Assembly (NCBI RefSeq): GCF_000186885.1
Contig: NC_014972.1
Span: 2,490,001 to 2,522,000 of the forward strand
DNA length: 32,000 nucleotides
Source: Desulfobulbus propionicus DSM 2032
GTDB taxonomy: Bacteria > Desulfobacterota > Desulfobulbia > Desulfobulbales > Desulfobulbaceae
Direction: 5' to 3'
Part shown: positions 9,297 to 20,408 of the stretch, piece by piece
How positions within the stretch are numbered: position 1 is the stretch's first letter
Layout: every line of letters begins with the position of its first letter
The notes under the pieces: model-generated
Database searches by the model: none
Seen by the model: only the letters and a program-made list of their open reading frames with translations
Told to the model about the DNA's origin: nothing
Translations under genes and position numbers: made by a program

Positions 9297-9989
9297 TCAC
9301 GTCCTGGTGAGAATGTCCCTTTCAATGAGGTTGATGAAATCGGTACTGAAACTCTCGACGTTGGAGTCGAATTCAGCCACCTTATTGGAAAAGTAATTGT
9401 AGAAAATGACTGCGGGAATAGCAACGGCAAGACCGGCTGCTGTGGCGACGAGCGCCTCGGAAATACCCGGCGCGACAACGGCGAGCGAGGCTGATCCCCG
9501 CTCGCCGATGCTTTGAAATGAAGCCATGATTCCCCATACCGTACCGAACAGACCGATGAACGGGGTTGCACTGCCAGTGGTGGCAAGGACACTAATATAA
9601 CTCGCCAAGCGGTCGGATTCAAGAAACTGAGCCTTCCGCACCGCTCGCTTCAGGTTGTCCATGGTCGCCAGCTGTGTTTCCAATGTCGCGAGGGCTTGCC
9701 CGGCGCTTCGTGCGGCGCTGATTTTTTTCAACTCGTTATACCCGGTGACAAAAACGGTCGCCTCGGGGCTGAGCGGATATTCCCGAGCAGCGTCATAGGC
9801 TTCGTTCAGGGTTTTACTGTCCCAAAAGGCATCGAGAAAATCGAGGGAAGCGTTTCGCGCTTTGCGAAACATGAGAAATTTCATAATGACAATCGACCAG
9901 GAAGCAACTGAAAAAATGAGCAAAATGAGCATGATCAATTTGCCCATCATCCCGGCATGCTTCATTATTTCAAAAATAGACAAACTCAC
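9297..9989 (-). CDS. tolQ: MotA/TolQ/ExbB proton channel family protein TolQ
   Basis: 230 aa; LASYISVLATTGSATPFIGLFGTVWGIMASFQSI...LAVVAPGISEALVATAAGLAVAIPAVIFYNYF. Confidence 0.95.
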   Translation of the reverse strand: MSLSIFEIMKHAGMMGKLIMLILLIFSVASWSIVIMKFLMFRKARNASLDFLDAFWDSKTLNEAYDAAREYPLSPEATVFVTGYNELKKISAARSAGQALATLETQLATMDNLKRAVRKAQFLESDRLASYISVLATTGSATPFIGLFGTVWGIMASFQSIGERGSASLAVVAPGISEALVATAAGLAVAIPAVIFYNYFSNKVAEFDSNVESFSTDFINLIERDILTRT

Positions 9990-10370
9990 GACGTTCCTTC
10001 TCGTTGAAATTGTTTTCTTTTGTCCCTGTCGTTAAGCGACAGGGGGTTGCCTGTCAATGTTGACGCCATGCGAAAACAGGCGCACAAAAACGTGACCCGC
10101 TCTGCAGCGTATCTCCTGCCGGTTATGACAGAATCTGCAAGCGGGCCAAAAAACATGGAATGTACCACATTTGGCCTGAATTCGATGCAGAAATCGCACC
10201 GTCCGGCAATCTGTGATCACAATAAATTTGAATTATATACGAATCCAATAAATCTGTCGACCTTGATATGGAGATGAGGTACAAATCTTCAGGAAGGATT
10301 CGTGTTTGTTTACACCTTTAGGAAAAACGACCCTTCAGTTTTATCGTTTCTCTCATCTAAGGAGCAGCAT

Positions 10371-11285
10371 ATGGCAGAACAACTGTATGATGTGGTTATT
10401 ATAGGTGCCGGACCGGCAGGCCTTCAGGCGGCCATTCATGCCACAAGAAAAAAAACCCGCGTATTGGTCTTGGGTCGGGCGGAAAACTCGGCCCTCTATG
10501 GCGCCCATATTGAAAATTATGCCTTTGTCGGCGGCATTCATACCGGGGCCGAGTTGCTGCATATTGGTGTCGAGCAGGCAAAAAATTTTGGCGCCGAAAT
10601 TTCTTGCGAGGATGTGCTCAAAATCTCCAATATCAACGAGCAATTTCATCTTAAGCTGGAAAATGGCCGAGAAATCGCTACGAGGACGCTGATTTTCTGC
10701 ATGGGGGTTTCCAAGAAAAAGCTCGGAGTTCCCGGCGAGAAGGAACTGCTGGGTCGAGGCGTTTCCTATTGTGTCGATTGCGATGCCAATTTCTATCGCG
10801 GAGCGGTCGTGACCGTAACCGGTGACCGGAGCGCCGCCGTTGATGGGGCGTTGACCTTGCTTGATTACGCCTCAAAGGTCTACCTGGTCACGGACACGTT
10901 GAATGTCTCCAAGGAATTGCTCGCCCGTCTCAAGGCAAGCACGGTAGAATGGATTGCAAGTACCGTCAAGCAGGTCAATGGCGAACGCGTTGTGCAGTCG
11001 CTCGTGCTGACCAACGGAGAAACCCTGGAAACAGAAGGGCTCTTCATCGAGCTTGGCTCCAAGGGCGCATTGGAACTCGCCACACAGATCGGAGTGCAGC
11101 TCGATAGCGAATCCTGCAAATATATCGAAGTCAACCGGAAGCAGGAAACCAACATCCCTGGAATTTACGCGGCGGGAGACATTGTCGGCCCCCCTTATCA
11201 GATGGCCAAGGCCGTCGGCGAGGGATGCGTCGCCGGCATGGAGGCGGCCACCTATGCGCGGAAACTGCGTGAGACTATGGGATAA
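10371..11285 (+). CDS. NAD(P)/FAD-dependent oxidoreductase, thioredoxin reductase-like
   Basis: Start ATG 10371 after AAGGAG; YDVVIIGAGPAGLQAAIHATRK, CVDCDANFYRG (CxxC redox pair), second nucleotide-binding region (VVTVTGDRSAAVDGALTL), NIPGIYAAGDIVGPPYQMAKAVGEG. Confidence 0.88.
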   Translation: MAEQLYDVVIIGAGPAGLQAAIHATRKKTRVLVLGRAENSALYGAHIENYAFVGGIHTGAELLHIGVEQAKNFGAEISCEDVLKISNINEQFHLKLENGREIATRTLIFCMGVSKKKLGVPGEKELLGRGVSYCVDCDANFYRGAVVTVTGDRSAAVDGALTLLDYASKVYLVTDTLNVSKELLARLKASTVEWIASTVKQVNGERVVQSLVLTNGETLETEGLFIELGSKGALELATQIGVQLDSESCKYIEVNRKQETNIPGIYAAGDIVGPPYQMAKAVGEGCVAGMEAATYARKLRETMG

Positions 11286-11292
11286 AAAAAAA

Positions 11293-11847
11293 TCATTCCT
11301 TCACCAGCGACTCGTTCGCACGCTGGCGCGACTCGTGAATGGATTTGAGATAACGGAAAATCTCCCGGCTATGCCGGGGGTTTCTCGTGCGGGCAAACAG
11401 GTAGGACAGCCGTGACAACGTCAGCACATCGATTTCAGGCAACTGCGCCTTGAGTTCCACCAAGGTCCGGCTTGACCAATTTTCTCCCCATTCCATGTTG
11501 CGCTCTTGACATGCCCGCTGTGTTTCCAAGGCTTCGTTGATGAGCGTGTCGCGGAAAAACTCGAGAGTGTGCAACTGCTTCCGTTCTGCCAAGAACTTGC
11601 CGCGATGTCGGCCGACCACGGCATACAGGGGTTCAAGCGAATGCTCCTGAAGCAGTTTGGTGAGATACTTGATTTGACGCTGCCTGGCACTTCCTTTCAG
11701 CCCAGCGGTTTCCCGAAAAATGGGTTTCAATTCCTCCAGACCAGCCACGTGATCAAGCACCTGGGGCGGCAACCGAACCAGTTCGGCCACCAGTTGTTCA
11801 ATTTCCTTGATTCGCCTTTTTTGTTCCGACCGGCTTACCTGCATCAC
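11293..11847 (-). CDS. yjgA: DUF615 / YjgA (DarP) family ribosome-associated protein
   Basis: 184 aa; SRSEQKRRIKEIEQLVAELVRLPPQVLDHV...SARQRQIKYLTKLLQE...EFFRDTLINE...NARHSREIFRYLKSI. Confidence 0.85.
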   Translation of the reverse strand: MMQVSRSEQKRRIKEIEQLVAELVRLPPQVLDHVAGLEELKPIFRETAGLKGSARQRQIKYLTKLLQEHSLEPLYAVVGRHRGKFLAERKQLHTLEFFRDTLINEALETQRACQERNMEWGENWSSRTLVELKAQLPEIDVLTLSRLSYLFARTRNPRHSREIFRYLKSIHESRQRANESLVKE

Positions 11848-11871
11848 GAAACGCCCCGTTGTTGAAAAGAG

Positions 11872-13086
11872 TTACTCCTTGATGGCCTTTTCGCCGAGCA
11901 GGGTGACAACCCTGTCCAAAATGCGATCGGCTGTGGCTTCCTTGCTCAGCAGCGGCAAGGGATGGATTTCCTTCCGTCCGATCAACGTAACCTGATTGGT
12001 TGCCACATCGAACCCGGTTTCCGAACCAAGAATATCATTGACCACGATCAGATCCAGGTTTTTTTCCCGGAGTTTTCGCTGTCCTTCGGACAGGTGATCG
12101 TGGCTCTCGGCAGCGAAGCCGACAAGAACCTGATGCGGTTGGCGACGATGGCCGAGCTCGGCCAGTATATCCCTGTTCTTGATCAAATCGAGCCGCAACC
12201 CTTGGTTCGTTTTCTTGATTTTCAAGGATTGGCAGCTTGCTGGCCGAAAATCAGCGACCGCTGCGGATTTGATGATCACATCCATGGCAGGAGCCTGTCC
12301 GAGCACTGCGGCTGCCATTTCCTCTGCGGTCGTTACCCGAATCACGTCAATGCCCCATGGATCGGCAAGCGCCACCGGCCCGGTGACCAAGGTCACCGCC
12401 GCTCCCCTGCGTTGCGCGGCTTGCGCCAGGGCAAACCCCATCTTGCCGCTGGAACGGTTGCTGAGGAAGCGTACGGGATCGATAGGTTCACGGGTTGGCC
12501 CTGCAGTGATCAAAACGCTCTTGCCTTTGAGATCGGCTGGCCCCAAAAGAAAAAGCAGGGCCTCCCGCGCGGCCTCCCATTCGGCCAACCGTCCGTCTCC
12601 GGTTTCCCCGCAAGCCAAGGCGCCACTCCCCGGTTGCACCAGATGATAGCCAAATTGCCGCAAGCGGTTCATGTTTTCCTGGGTGGCGGGGTGGGCCAGC
12701 ATCGAGGAATTCATTGCCGGACAGATCACCACCGGAACCTGGGCAGCAAGGACCACGGCCGCCAACAGGGTATCAGCCCAACCACCGGCAAGCCGGGCGA
12801 TAGTCTGCGCGGTTGCTGGCGCGATGACAAGCGCATCCGCTTCCCGGGACAGATTGATGTGCGCCATGACCCGATCGGGTGATTCATCAAACATGTCGCG
12901 GTAGACGGGATTACCGGAGAGAGCCGAAAAGGTCAATGGGGCGACAAACTTCTCGGCGGCCCCGGTCATGAGCACGGTCACCACCGCTTCTTCCTTGACC
13001 AGTTCCCGCACCCACTGGGCCGCCTTATAGGCGGCGATCGACCCGGTCACTCCCAGCAGAATATTCTTTCCTTGCAGACCCGACAT
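11872..13086 (-). CDS. coaBC: Bifunctional phosphopantothenoylcysteine decarboxylase / phosphopantothenate-cysteine ligase
   Basis: 404 aa; [74 protein letters not shown]. Confidence 0.96.
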   Translation of the reverse strand: MSGLQGKNILLGVTGSIAAYKAAQWVRELVKEEAVVTVLMTGAAEKFVAPLTFSALSGNPVYRDMFDESPDRVMAHINLSREADALVIAPATAQTIARLAGGWADTLLAAVVLAAQVPVVICPAMNSSMLAHPATQENMNRLRQFGYHLVQPGSGALACGETGDGRLAEWEAAREALLFLLGPADLKGKSVLITAGPTREPIDPVRFLSNRSSGKMGFALAQAAQRRGAAVTLVTGPVALADPWGIDVIRVTTAEEMAAAVLGQAPAMDVIIKSAAVADFRPASCQSLKIKKTNQGLRLDLIKNRDILAELGHRRQPHQVLVGFAAESHDHLSEGQRKLREKNLDLIVVNDILGSETGFDVATNQVTLIGRKEIHPLPLLSKEATADRILDRVVTLLGEKAIKE

Positions 13087-13106
13087 GATGGAAAATTGGG
13101 AAATGT

Positions 13107-13610
13107 TTATTGGGAAAAGGATTCACCAAAGGAGCCGGATGAATCGCCAACCGAACCGGCGCCGCCGCCCCCTGTCTTGTCAATGGCCACATACAGTTTC
13201 AACTCGGTTTTACCAAGGACGCCCTCGGCGATGACCATCATGCATGTCTTGTTGGGCTTGATAAAGGCCAGCATGATGTTCTTCGAGGCCGTTTCCCCGA
13301 CAAGCCGCCACTTATTATCCTGCATGGAGGCGATCATGTAATCTTTCAAGGACATGATCTCGGCCCGCCCTTTGTACGTAAAAACACCCCCTCTGAAGGA
13401 CTCGGTCTTGATGACCATCGAGTTCTTTCGGTCCCACTGAAGTTCTGTTGGCAGGGTAATATCCTTGATATCGTCGGCGAAATTGGTCATTTGTGGCAAT
13501 CCGGAAGCGTCGGTCGCCATTTTACTGCCCGAGGAGGCGCAACCAGCGCAAAGGAGCATGAATGCCATCCCCAGGAAGAGCACCAATTTCATTCCATTAT
13601 TTGTTTTCAT
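13107..13610 (-). CDS. Putative lipoprotein of unknown function
   Basis: Start at MKTNNGMKLVLFLGMAFMLLCAGC (signal peptide plus lipobox); 20 bp upstream of coaBC on the same strand; Gly/Ser-rich C terminus. Confidence 0.7.
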   Translation of the reverse strand: MKTNNGMKLVLFLGMAFMLLCAGCASSGSKMATDASGLPQMTNFADDIKDITLPTELQWDRKNSMVIKTESFRGGVFTYKGRAEIMSLKDYMIASMQDNKWRLVGETASKNIMLAFIKPNKTCMMVIAEGVLGKTELKLYVAIDKTGGGGAGSVGDSSGSFGESFSQ

Positions 13611-13967
13611 GCGAGTCATCCTCCAGTTCTGAAAAGAGTTGTTCAGGCGGCTTTCTTTAAACGTCTGTGTAGAAAAGCCCGTTGAACGGAATCCGCTGAG
13701 CTCGGTCATGCGCCTTCCTGTCCTCATGGGTTCTCCCATTGTTTTCCTTCAAAAATCAGGGAGAAAAAAAGATATCCCCTGCCACGGCAGCGGACAGGCG
13801 ACCCAAGATAACCAGTTGTAAAAAAATAAGGTTTTAATGTCAATAAACATTCACTATGATACAGGGCAAATGTCTTGCCTCGACAAAAAGAGGCATCCCG
13901 ATCGGACGTTCAACGACCCAACCCACTCAATATTCTAAAAAACAGCATTCCACGCACAGCGGTTCCC

Positions 13968-14801
13968 ATGAAGCTCAACAACACCCCCTTGCCCCAACTC
14001 GACAGTTCCGCCGAACTCATCGACACCCATTGCCATCTTGACATGGAAGAGTACCAAGCCGATCTCGAAACAGTGATTCAGGCGGCGGCGCAACACGGCA
14101 TCCGCCGAATCATCACCATAGGGATTGATCTTGCCAGTTCCTGCCGGGCGGTCTCCCTTGCTCAGCAACATGCCGGAGTCTTTGCCACCGTGGGCATTCA
14201 TCCCCATGACGCCGACCAGGCGAACCGGGAGACGCTCAAGCAGCTTGCCGATCTGGCAAAAAATGCCCGCGTGGTCGGTTACGGCGAGATCGGCCTGGAT
14301 TATGCCAAGAAATATGCGCCCGCGGAGGTCCAGCGCAAGGCCTTCGCTGCGCAACTTCAACTGGCCAAGACACTTGATCTGCCGGTGGTGATTCACGACC
14401 GGGACGCCCATCAAGATGTGGCCCGTTTGATTCGATCTGCAGGCCCCTTTCCCCGGGGAGGCGTGATGCACTGCTTCTCCGGAGACAGACGATTGGCGGA
14501 GGAGATGGTTGATTGCGGTTTTTTCCTCTCCATTCCAGGCATTGTCACCTTTGCCAATGCGGCAACGTTGCACGACGTCATCCGGGCGATTGACCTCGAT
14601 CACCTGCTGCTGGAAACCGATGGACCCTTCCTTGCCCCCGTGCCCTATCGAGGCAAAAGAAATGAACCGAAATTGATGCTTTACACCGCGCAAATGGTCG
14701 CATCGCTCAAGCAGGTTTCCCTGGAGGAAGTGGCCAGGGCAACCACGACCAACGCGGTCCGCCTTTTTCACCTGCCCGAGGTTCGCCATGATTGTCGATA
14801 A
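13968..14801 (+). CDS. tatD: TatD family metal-dependent hydrolase
   Basis: ELIDTHCHLDMEEYQADLETVIQAA..., VGIHPHDADQAN, VGYGEIGLDYAKKYAP, HDRDAHQDV, GVMHCFSGD, LLETDGPFLAPVPYRGKRNEP. The in-frame ORF extends to 13875; 13968 is the better homology start. Confidence 0.93.
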   Translation: MKLNNTPLPQLDSSAELIDTHCHLDMEEYQADLETVIQAAAQHGIRRIITIGIDLASSCRAVSLAQQHAGVFATVGIHPHDADQANRETLKQLADLAKNARVVGYGEIGLDYAKKYAPAEVQRKAFAAQLQLAKTLDLPVVIHDRDAHQDVARLIRSAGPFPRGGVMHCFSGDRRLAEEMVDCGFFLSIPGIVTFANAATLHDVIRAIDLDHLLLETDGPFLAPVPYRGKRNEPKLMLYTAQMVASLKQVSLEEVARATTTNAVRLFHLPEVRHDCR

Positions 14802-15495
14802 TCTTACCCGAATTTTGACCACCATCGCGACAGCAGCGCGCAGATCAGGAAGGCATCCAGATACCGTCCAGTTGGTAGCGGTCAGTAAACAAGTCGGAGT
14901 AGAAGCCATTTGCGAGGCGGTCGCGGGCGGGCAAATGCTGTTCGGAGAAAACTATCTCCAGGAGGCAGCGGACAAAATCCCTCAATTGCCGCCCACGGTT
15001 CAGTGGCATTTCATCGGTCATCTGCAAAGCAATAAAGCGGCACAAGTGGCGGAACTCTTTACCATGGTGGAGACGGTCGATCGCTTCAAAGTCGCCAAGG
15101 CGCTCGATCTGCATGCCAAGCGATTAGACAAGCACCTGTCCATCCTCATCCAGGTCAATATCGGCCGGGAAAAACAGAAATCCGGGGTAATGCCCGAGGA
15201 AACAACAGAGCTTCTGCACGCCATCAGCGCGGAAACCAATCTTCGTGTTCGCGGTCTGATGGCGCTGCCCCCCTTTTTCTCCGATCCAGAAAAAAGCCGT
15301 CCCTATTTTCGCGCGCTCAGAGAACTCGCCCAACAGCTGGCCGTAAAAAAATTATTCCATGACAACGACGCTATTGAACTTTCCATGGGGATGTCCAACG
15401 ATTATCCTGTGGCGATCGAGGAAGGGGCAACCATTGTCCGCGTCGGAACAGCGCTGTTTGGCAGCAGAATGAAAGAAGGAGTTGAAAAAAAATGA
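14788..15495 (+). CDS. yggS: YggS family pyridoxal-phosphate-binding protein (PLP homeostasis)
   Basis: 235 aa; VQLVAVSKQVGVEAICEAV, FGENYLQEA, WHFIGHLQSNKA, LIQVNIGREKQKSG, GLMALPPFF, LSMGMSNDYPVAIEEGATIVRVGTALFG. Overlaps the tatD 3' end by 14 bp. Confidence 0.95.
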   Translation: MIVDNLTRILTTIATAARRSGRHPDTVQLVAVSKQVGVEAICEAVAGGQMLFGENYLQEAADKIPQLPPTVQWHFIGHLQSNKAAQVAELFTMVETVDRFKVAKALDLHAKRLDKHLSILIQVNIGREKQKSGVMPEETTELLHAISAETNLRVRGLMALPPFFSDPEKSRPYFRALRELAQQLAVKKLFHDNDAIELSMGMSNDYPVAIEEGATIVRVGTALFGSRMKEGVEKK

Positions 15496-16802
15496 ATATT
15501 ACCATGATCGGAACCGGTTACGTAGGCTTGGTCACCGGTACCTGTTTTGCCGAATTTGGCCATATTGTCACCTGTGTTGACAACATGGAAGAAAAGATCA
15601 TGCAATTAAACCAAGGGATTATTCCCATTTACGAACCCGGCCTCGACGTGTTGGTCAAAAAAAATACCGCCGAGGGCCGGTTACGTTTCACCACCGACCT
15701 CGCCCAGGCGATCCCCGAGGCGGATGCAGTCTTCATCGCCGTGGGCACGCCCAGTTCCCGTCGCGGTGACGGCTATGCCGACCTAACCTATATTTATGCG
15801 GCTGCGCGGGAACTGGCCGTCCAGCTGCGTAAGTATACCGTGGTTGTCGACAAGAGCACTGTACCGGTGGGCACGGCCCGGCAGGTCGAGCGAATTATCC
15901 GAGAAACCAATCCGCAGGCTGAATTCGATGTTGCCTCCAATCCGGAATTTTTGCGGGAGGGAGCTGCGATCAGCGATTTCATGCGCCCGGATCGCATCGT
16001 CATTGGGGTCGAGACGGAACGAGCGGGAAAAGTGCTCAAGGAAATTTATAAGCCCCTCTATCTACGCGATACACCGATCGTCCACACCACGATCGAAACA
16101 GCTGAGCTGACCAAGTATGCCGCCAACGCCTTTCTCGCGGTGAAAATCAGCTTTATCAACGAAATTGCCATGGTGTGCGAATCAGTCAACGCCAATGTCA
16201 TTGATCTGGCCAAAGCAATCGGCATGGATGGACGAATCGGCAGCAAATTTCTCCACCCCGGTCCAGGTTACGGCGGTTCCTGCTTTCCCAAGGATACCCT
16301 GGCCCTGATGCGCATCGTGCAGGAACATGGGGAAAATGTGCGCATCGTTGAAGCCGCGGTCGAGGTCAATGCGGCGCAAAAGGCAAGAATGGTAAAAAAA
16401 ATCAGAGAGATGCTCGGAGGTATCGAGGCCGGGAAAACCATCGCCATCCTTGGCCTAACCTTCAAGCCAGAAACCGATGACATGCGGGATGCGCCATCCA
16501 CGACCATTCTTCCCGCCCTGATAGAAAAAGGAGCGCGCATCCGGGCCCATGATCCCAAGGGCATGGAAGAGGCAAAAAAATACCTTCCCGCCGCCATTGA
16601 ATACGTCGACACCCCCTATGAGGCCGCAACAGGGGCGGACTGCATCGTGCTGATGACAGAATGGAATCAATATCGTGCCCTGGATCTGCGCCAGCTCAAA
16701 ACACGGATGAAGACCCCGATCTTTATCGATTTACGCAATGTCTACGATCCGGCCAGCATGAAAGAAGCCGGATTTCAGTATACGGGGGTCGGCAGGAAAT
16801 AG
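15492..16802 (+). CDS. ugd: UDP-glucose 6-dehydrogenase
   Basis: 436 aa; MNITMIGTGYVGLVTGTCFAEFGHIVTCVD, VFIAVGTPSSRRGDGYADLTYI, VASNPEFLREGAAISDFMRPDRIVIG, GPGYGGSCFPKDTLAL, LGLTFKPETDDMRDAPS. Confidence 0.97.
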   Translation: MNITMIGTGYVGLVTGTCFAEFGHIVTCVDNMEEKIMQLNQGIIPIYEPGLDVLVKKNTAEGRLRFTTDLAQAIPEADAVFIAVGTPSSRRGDGYADLTYIYAAARELAVQLRKYTVVVDKSTVPVGTARQVERIIRETNPQAEFDVASNPEFLREGAAISDFMRPDRIVIGVETERAGKVLKEIYKPLYLRDTPIVHTTIETAELTKYAANAFLAVKISFINEIAMVCESVNANVIDLAKAIGMDGRIGSKFLHPGPGYGGSCFPKDTLALMRIVQEHGENVRIVEAAVEVNAAQKARMVKKIREMLGGIEAGKTIAILGLTFKPETDDMRDAPSTTILPALIEKGARIRAHDPKGMEEAKKYLPAAIEYVDTPYEAATGADCIVLMTEWNQYRALDLRQLKTRMKTPIFIDLRNVYDPASMKEAGFQYTGVGRK

Positions 16803-16814
16803 TTGGAAACAAAA

Positions 16815-16852
16815 CAGCTCCCTTTAGGGACAACAAGACCTAAAGGGAGCTG
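16815..16852 (-). terminator. Strong hairpin (14-bp perfect arms, 10-nt loop), probable terminator for the minus-strand gene at 16956
   Basis: CAGCTCCCTTTAGG (16815-16828) / CCTAAAGGGAGCTG (16839-16852); on the minus strand the right arm is followed by TTTTGTTT. Confidence 0.7.
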
Positions 16853-16955
16853 CAAAGTGCTGAGGAAGGAGAAAAAGCAGTTGCGTGCCGAGCGGACACT
16901 GAAATGATCCACTGTGCTTGCACCACCCGCTAGAAGCAAGGAACAGCGCAATCAG

Positions 16956-17201
16956 TTACTTGCGACGGGAAGCTCGCTTGGCCGCCTTCAACGGGTTGAC
17001 CCGGATTTTTGCGACCTTTACCTCGGGTTTTGCATGGGTAGCAAAGTTGCAAATGCCCAACCGCCATTTCGCGGCCGGATTCATATAAGTTTCACAAAAT
17101 TTATTGCCGCTTGCCTCAACGATACGCTCGCACCCTTCGCACTGCTCGATAACCGGGAGAAATGCTCCTTCGCTGAATTTTGCCACGTCGCTTGTTTGCA
17201 T
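16956..17201 (-). CDS. Small Cys-rich protein of the PxxKW type
   Basis: 81 aa from MQTSDVAKFSEGAFLPVIEQCEGCERIVEASGNKFCETYMNPAAKWRLGICNFATHAKPEVKVAKIRVNPLKAAKRASRRK; CxxC plus two more Cys and PAAKW. Confidence 0.7.
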   Translation of the reverse strand: MQTSDVAKFSEGAFLPVIEQCEGCERIVEASGNKFCETYMNPAAKWRLGICNFATHAKPEVKVAKIRVNPLKAAKRASRRK

Positions 17202-17395
17202 ATTGCCAACTCCTGAAAAAATATAAACTTTTTCTTGAATCAGAAAAAAATCTTCCATACAATTAAAACGTAATATGAGAGCTCAACGCTCTCGTCGTCC
17301 AAAAGATAACTTTTATAAAGGCTATTGCGCCGTCTGTCAATACCAACTCTTTCTTGTTGATATAAAATTGTTGGCAACTGTCTGGAGATTTCTTT

Positions 17396-18601
17396 ATGCC
17401 CATCTACGTCTGGAAAGGAAAAAACAGCTTTGGCGAAAAGCGCAAAGGCGAAATCGAAGCGCTCGATGAAGCCGGCGCTCGCGCGCAGCTCAGGCGGTTG
17501 CGCATTGACAATCCGACGGTCAAGGAAAAGCCCAAAGATATTTTTGAGAACATAGATTTTTTCAAACCCAAGGTAACGGGCAAGGACATTGTCATTTTCA
17601 CTCGGCAGTTGTCGACCATGATCGATGCCGGCCTGCCACTGGTCCAATGCCTTCAGATACTTGGCAAACAGCAGAGCAACGCCACGTTCAAGAAGGTATT
17701 GCTTTCCATTCAAAACGACGTTGAAACAGGAACCACTCTCGCCGACTCCATGCGCAAGCACCCAAAGGTGTTTGACAACCTCTACAGCAACATGATTGAA
17801 GCCGGTGAACTAGGAGGTATCCTGGATACAATCCTCTCGCGGTTGGCCAGTTTCAAGGAAAAAGCCATGGCTCTGCAGAAAAAGATCAAGGGTGCCATGA
17901 CCTACCCTGTTATCTGTCTGGCCATTTCCATTCTCATCCTGATCGTCATCCTGGTGTTTGTCATTCCCGTTTTTGTCGAAATGTTTGCCAGCATGGATTC
18001 CGCCTTGCCGGCAGTCACCCAACTGGTCGTTGACATGAGTGATTTTGTCAAAGGGAATATCATTTATATTCTGATGTTCGGCATCTTGTTATTCTACGGG
18101 ATTAAAAAAATCTACAACACGGAAAAAGGGCGGCTCAAAATCGATGCGTTCATCCTCAAAGCCCCGGTCATAGGGCAACTCACCAGAAAAGTAGCGGTAT
18201 CAAAATTCACCCGAACCTTGAGCACTATGCTGCAAAGCGGTGTGCCCATATTGGACGCCCTTCAAGTCGTTGCCCGGACCTCGGGCAACAAAATTGTCGA
18301 GCGGGCGGTTCTACGGGTATCTGAAAGCATTGCCGAGGGCCGGCCGATTGCCGAACCCCTGGAGGAGTCGGGTGTTTTTCCGAACATGGTTGTCCAGATG
18401 ATTAATGTTGGTGAATCGGTGGGCGCACTTGACACCATGCTGGAAAAAATAGCCGATTTCTATGATGAAGAAGTGGATCAGGCCGTCGAAAACCTGACAG
18501 CAATGATCGAACCCTTCATGATGGTTTTTCTTGGTGGCATGATCGGTGGACTTGTAGTAGCAATGTACCTACCCATTTTCCAAATGGCGGGCAAAATTTA
18601 A
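17396..18601 (+). CDS. pilC: Type II secretion/type IV pilus inner-membrane platform protein (GspF/PilC family)
   Basis: 401 aa; FTRQLSTMIDAGLPLVQCLQIL, GAMTYPVICLAISILILIVILVFVIPVFVEMF, FTRTLSTMLQSGVPILDALQVV, MIEPFMMVFLGGMIGGLVVAMYLPIFQMAGKI. Confidence 0.93.
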   Translation: MPIYVWKGKNSFGEKRKGEIEALDEAGARAQLRRLRIDNPTVKEKPKDIFENIDFFKPKVTGKDIVIFTRQLSTMIDAGLPLVQCLQILGKQQSNATFKKVLLSIQNDVETGTTLADSMRKHPKVFDNLYSNMIEAGELGGILDTILSRLASFKEKAMALQKKIKGAMTYPVICLAISILILIVILVFVIPVFVEMFASMDSALPAVTQLVVDMSDFVKGNIIYILMFGILLFYGIKKIYNTEKGRLKIDAFILKAPVIGQLTRKVAVSKFTRTLSTMLQSGVPILDALQVVARTSGNKIVERAVLRVSESIAEGRPIAEPLEESGVFPNMVVQMINVGESVGALDTMLEKIADFYDEEVDQAVENLTAMIEPFMMVFLGGMIGGLVVAMYLPIFQMAGKI

Positions 18602-18629
18602 ACTTCGTCTTACTAATTGCAGGAGATAG

Positions 18630-19928
<1,299 letters not shown>

Positions 19929-20017
19929 ACCGGTTGACAGCTTGCCGCTTCTATTCCTATGATAGGAAAAATTGGTTGAATTGATTTTTTCTGTGTGTTC
20001 CATCAAGGAGGTACAAA

Positions 20018-20305
20018 ATGACGCTGACCAAAGCTGATTTAGTCCAGCAGGTCTACAAGACCCATCCCAATTTGACCAAATCACAATCCACGGAGTCCGT
20101 CGAAACCTTTTTAGCGCTCTCCAAATCCTCGTTGATCACCGGCGAGGACTTGTTGCTGAGCGGATTCGGCAAATTCAACATCAAAGATAAAAAGTCCCGG
20201 AGGGGTCGAAACCCGCAAACAGGAAACGAGTTGACCCTTGACGCCCGACGCGTGGTAACGTTTAAACCATCGGGCATTCTGCGATCCAGAATCAACAGTG
20301 ATTAA
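20018..20305 (+). CDS. HU/IHF family DNA-binding protein (IHF-alpha-like)
   Basis: 95 aa; MTLTKADLVQQVYKTHPNLTKSQSTESVETFL...GEDLLLSGFGKFNIKDKKSRRGRNPQTGNELTLDARRVVTFKPSGILRSRIN. Confidence 0.9.
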   Translation: MTLTKADLVQQVYKTHPNLTKSQSTESVETFLALSKSSLITGEDLLLSGFGKFNIKDKKSRRGRNPQTGNELTLDARRVVTFKPSGILRSRINSD

Positions 20306-20349
20306 CCCTGTGTAATAATCGAACAAAGAACCCTTACCAGGCTATATCA

Positions 20350-20378
20350 GGGCGCCTTCCCATTGGCGCCCTTTTTTA
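20350..20378 (+). terminator. Rho-independent terminator downstream of the IHF/HU gene
   Basis: GGGCGCC-TTCCCATT-GGCGCCC followed by TTTTTTA. Confidence 0.85.
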
Positions 20379-20408
20379 TTGCCTGGCAGTCACCCGTAGC
20401 AAAGAACA

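Noticed and set aside
11962-12882. Long + strand ORF (306 aa) opposite coaBC
   Set aside because: Antisense shadow of a strongly supported coaBC frame; no recognisable motif.
13935-14909. 324-aa minus ORF opposite tatD/yggS
   Set aside because: Spans two confidently assigned genes on the other strand; typical GC-rich shadow ORF.
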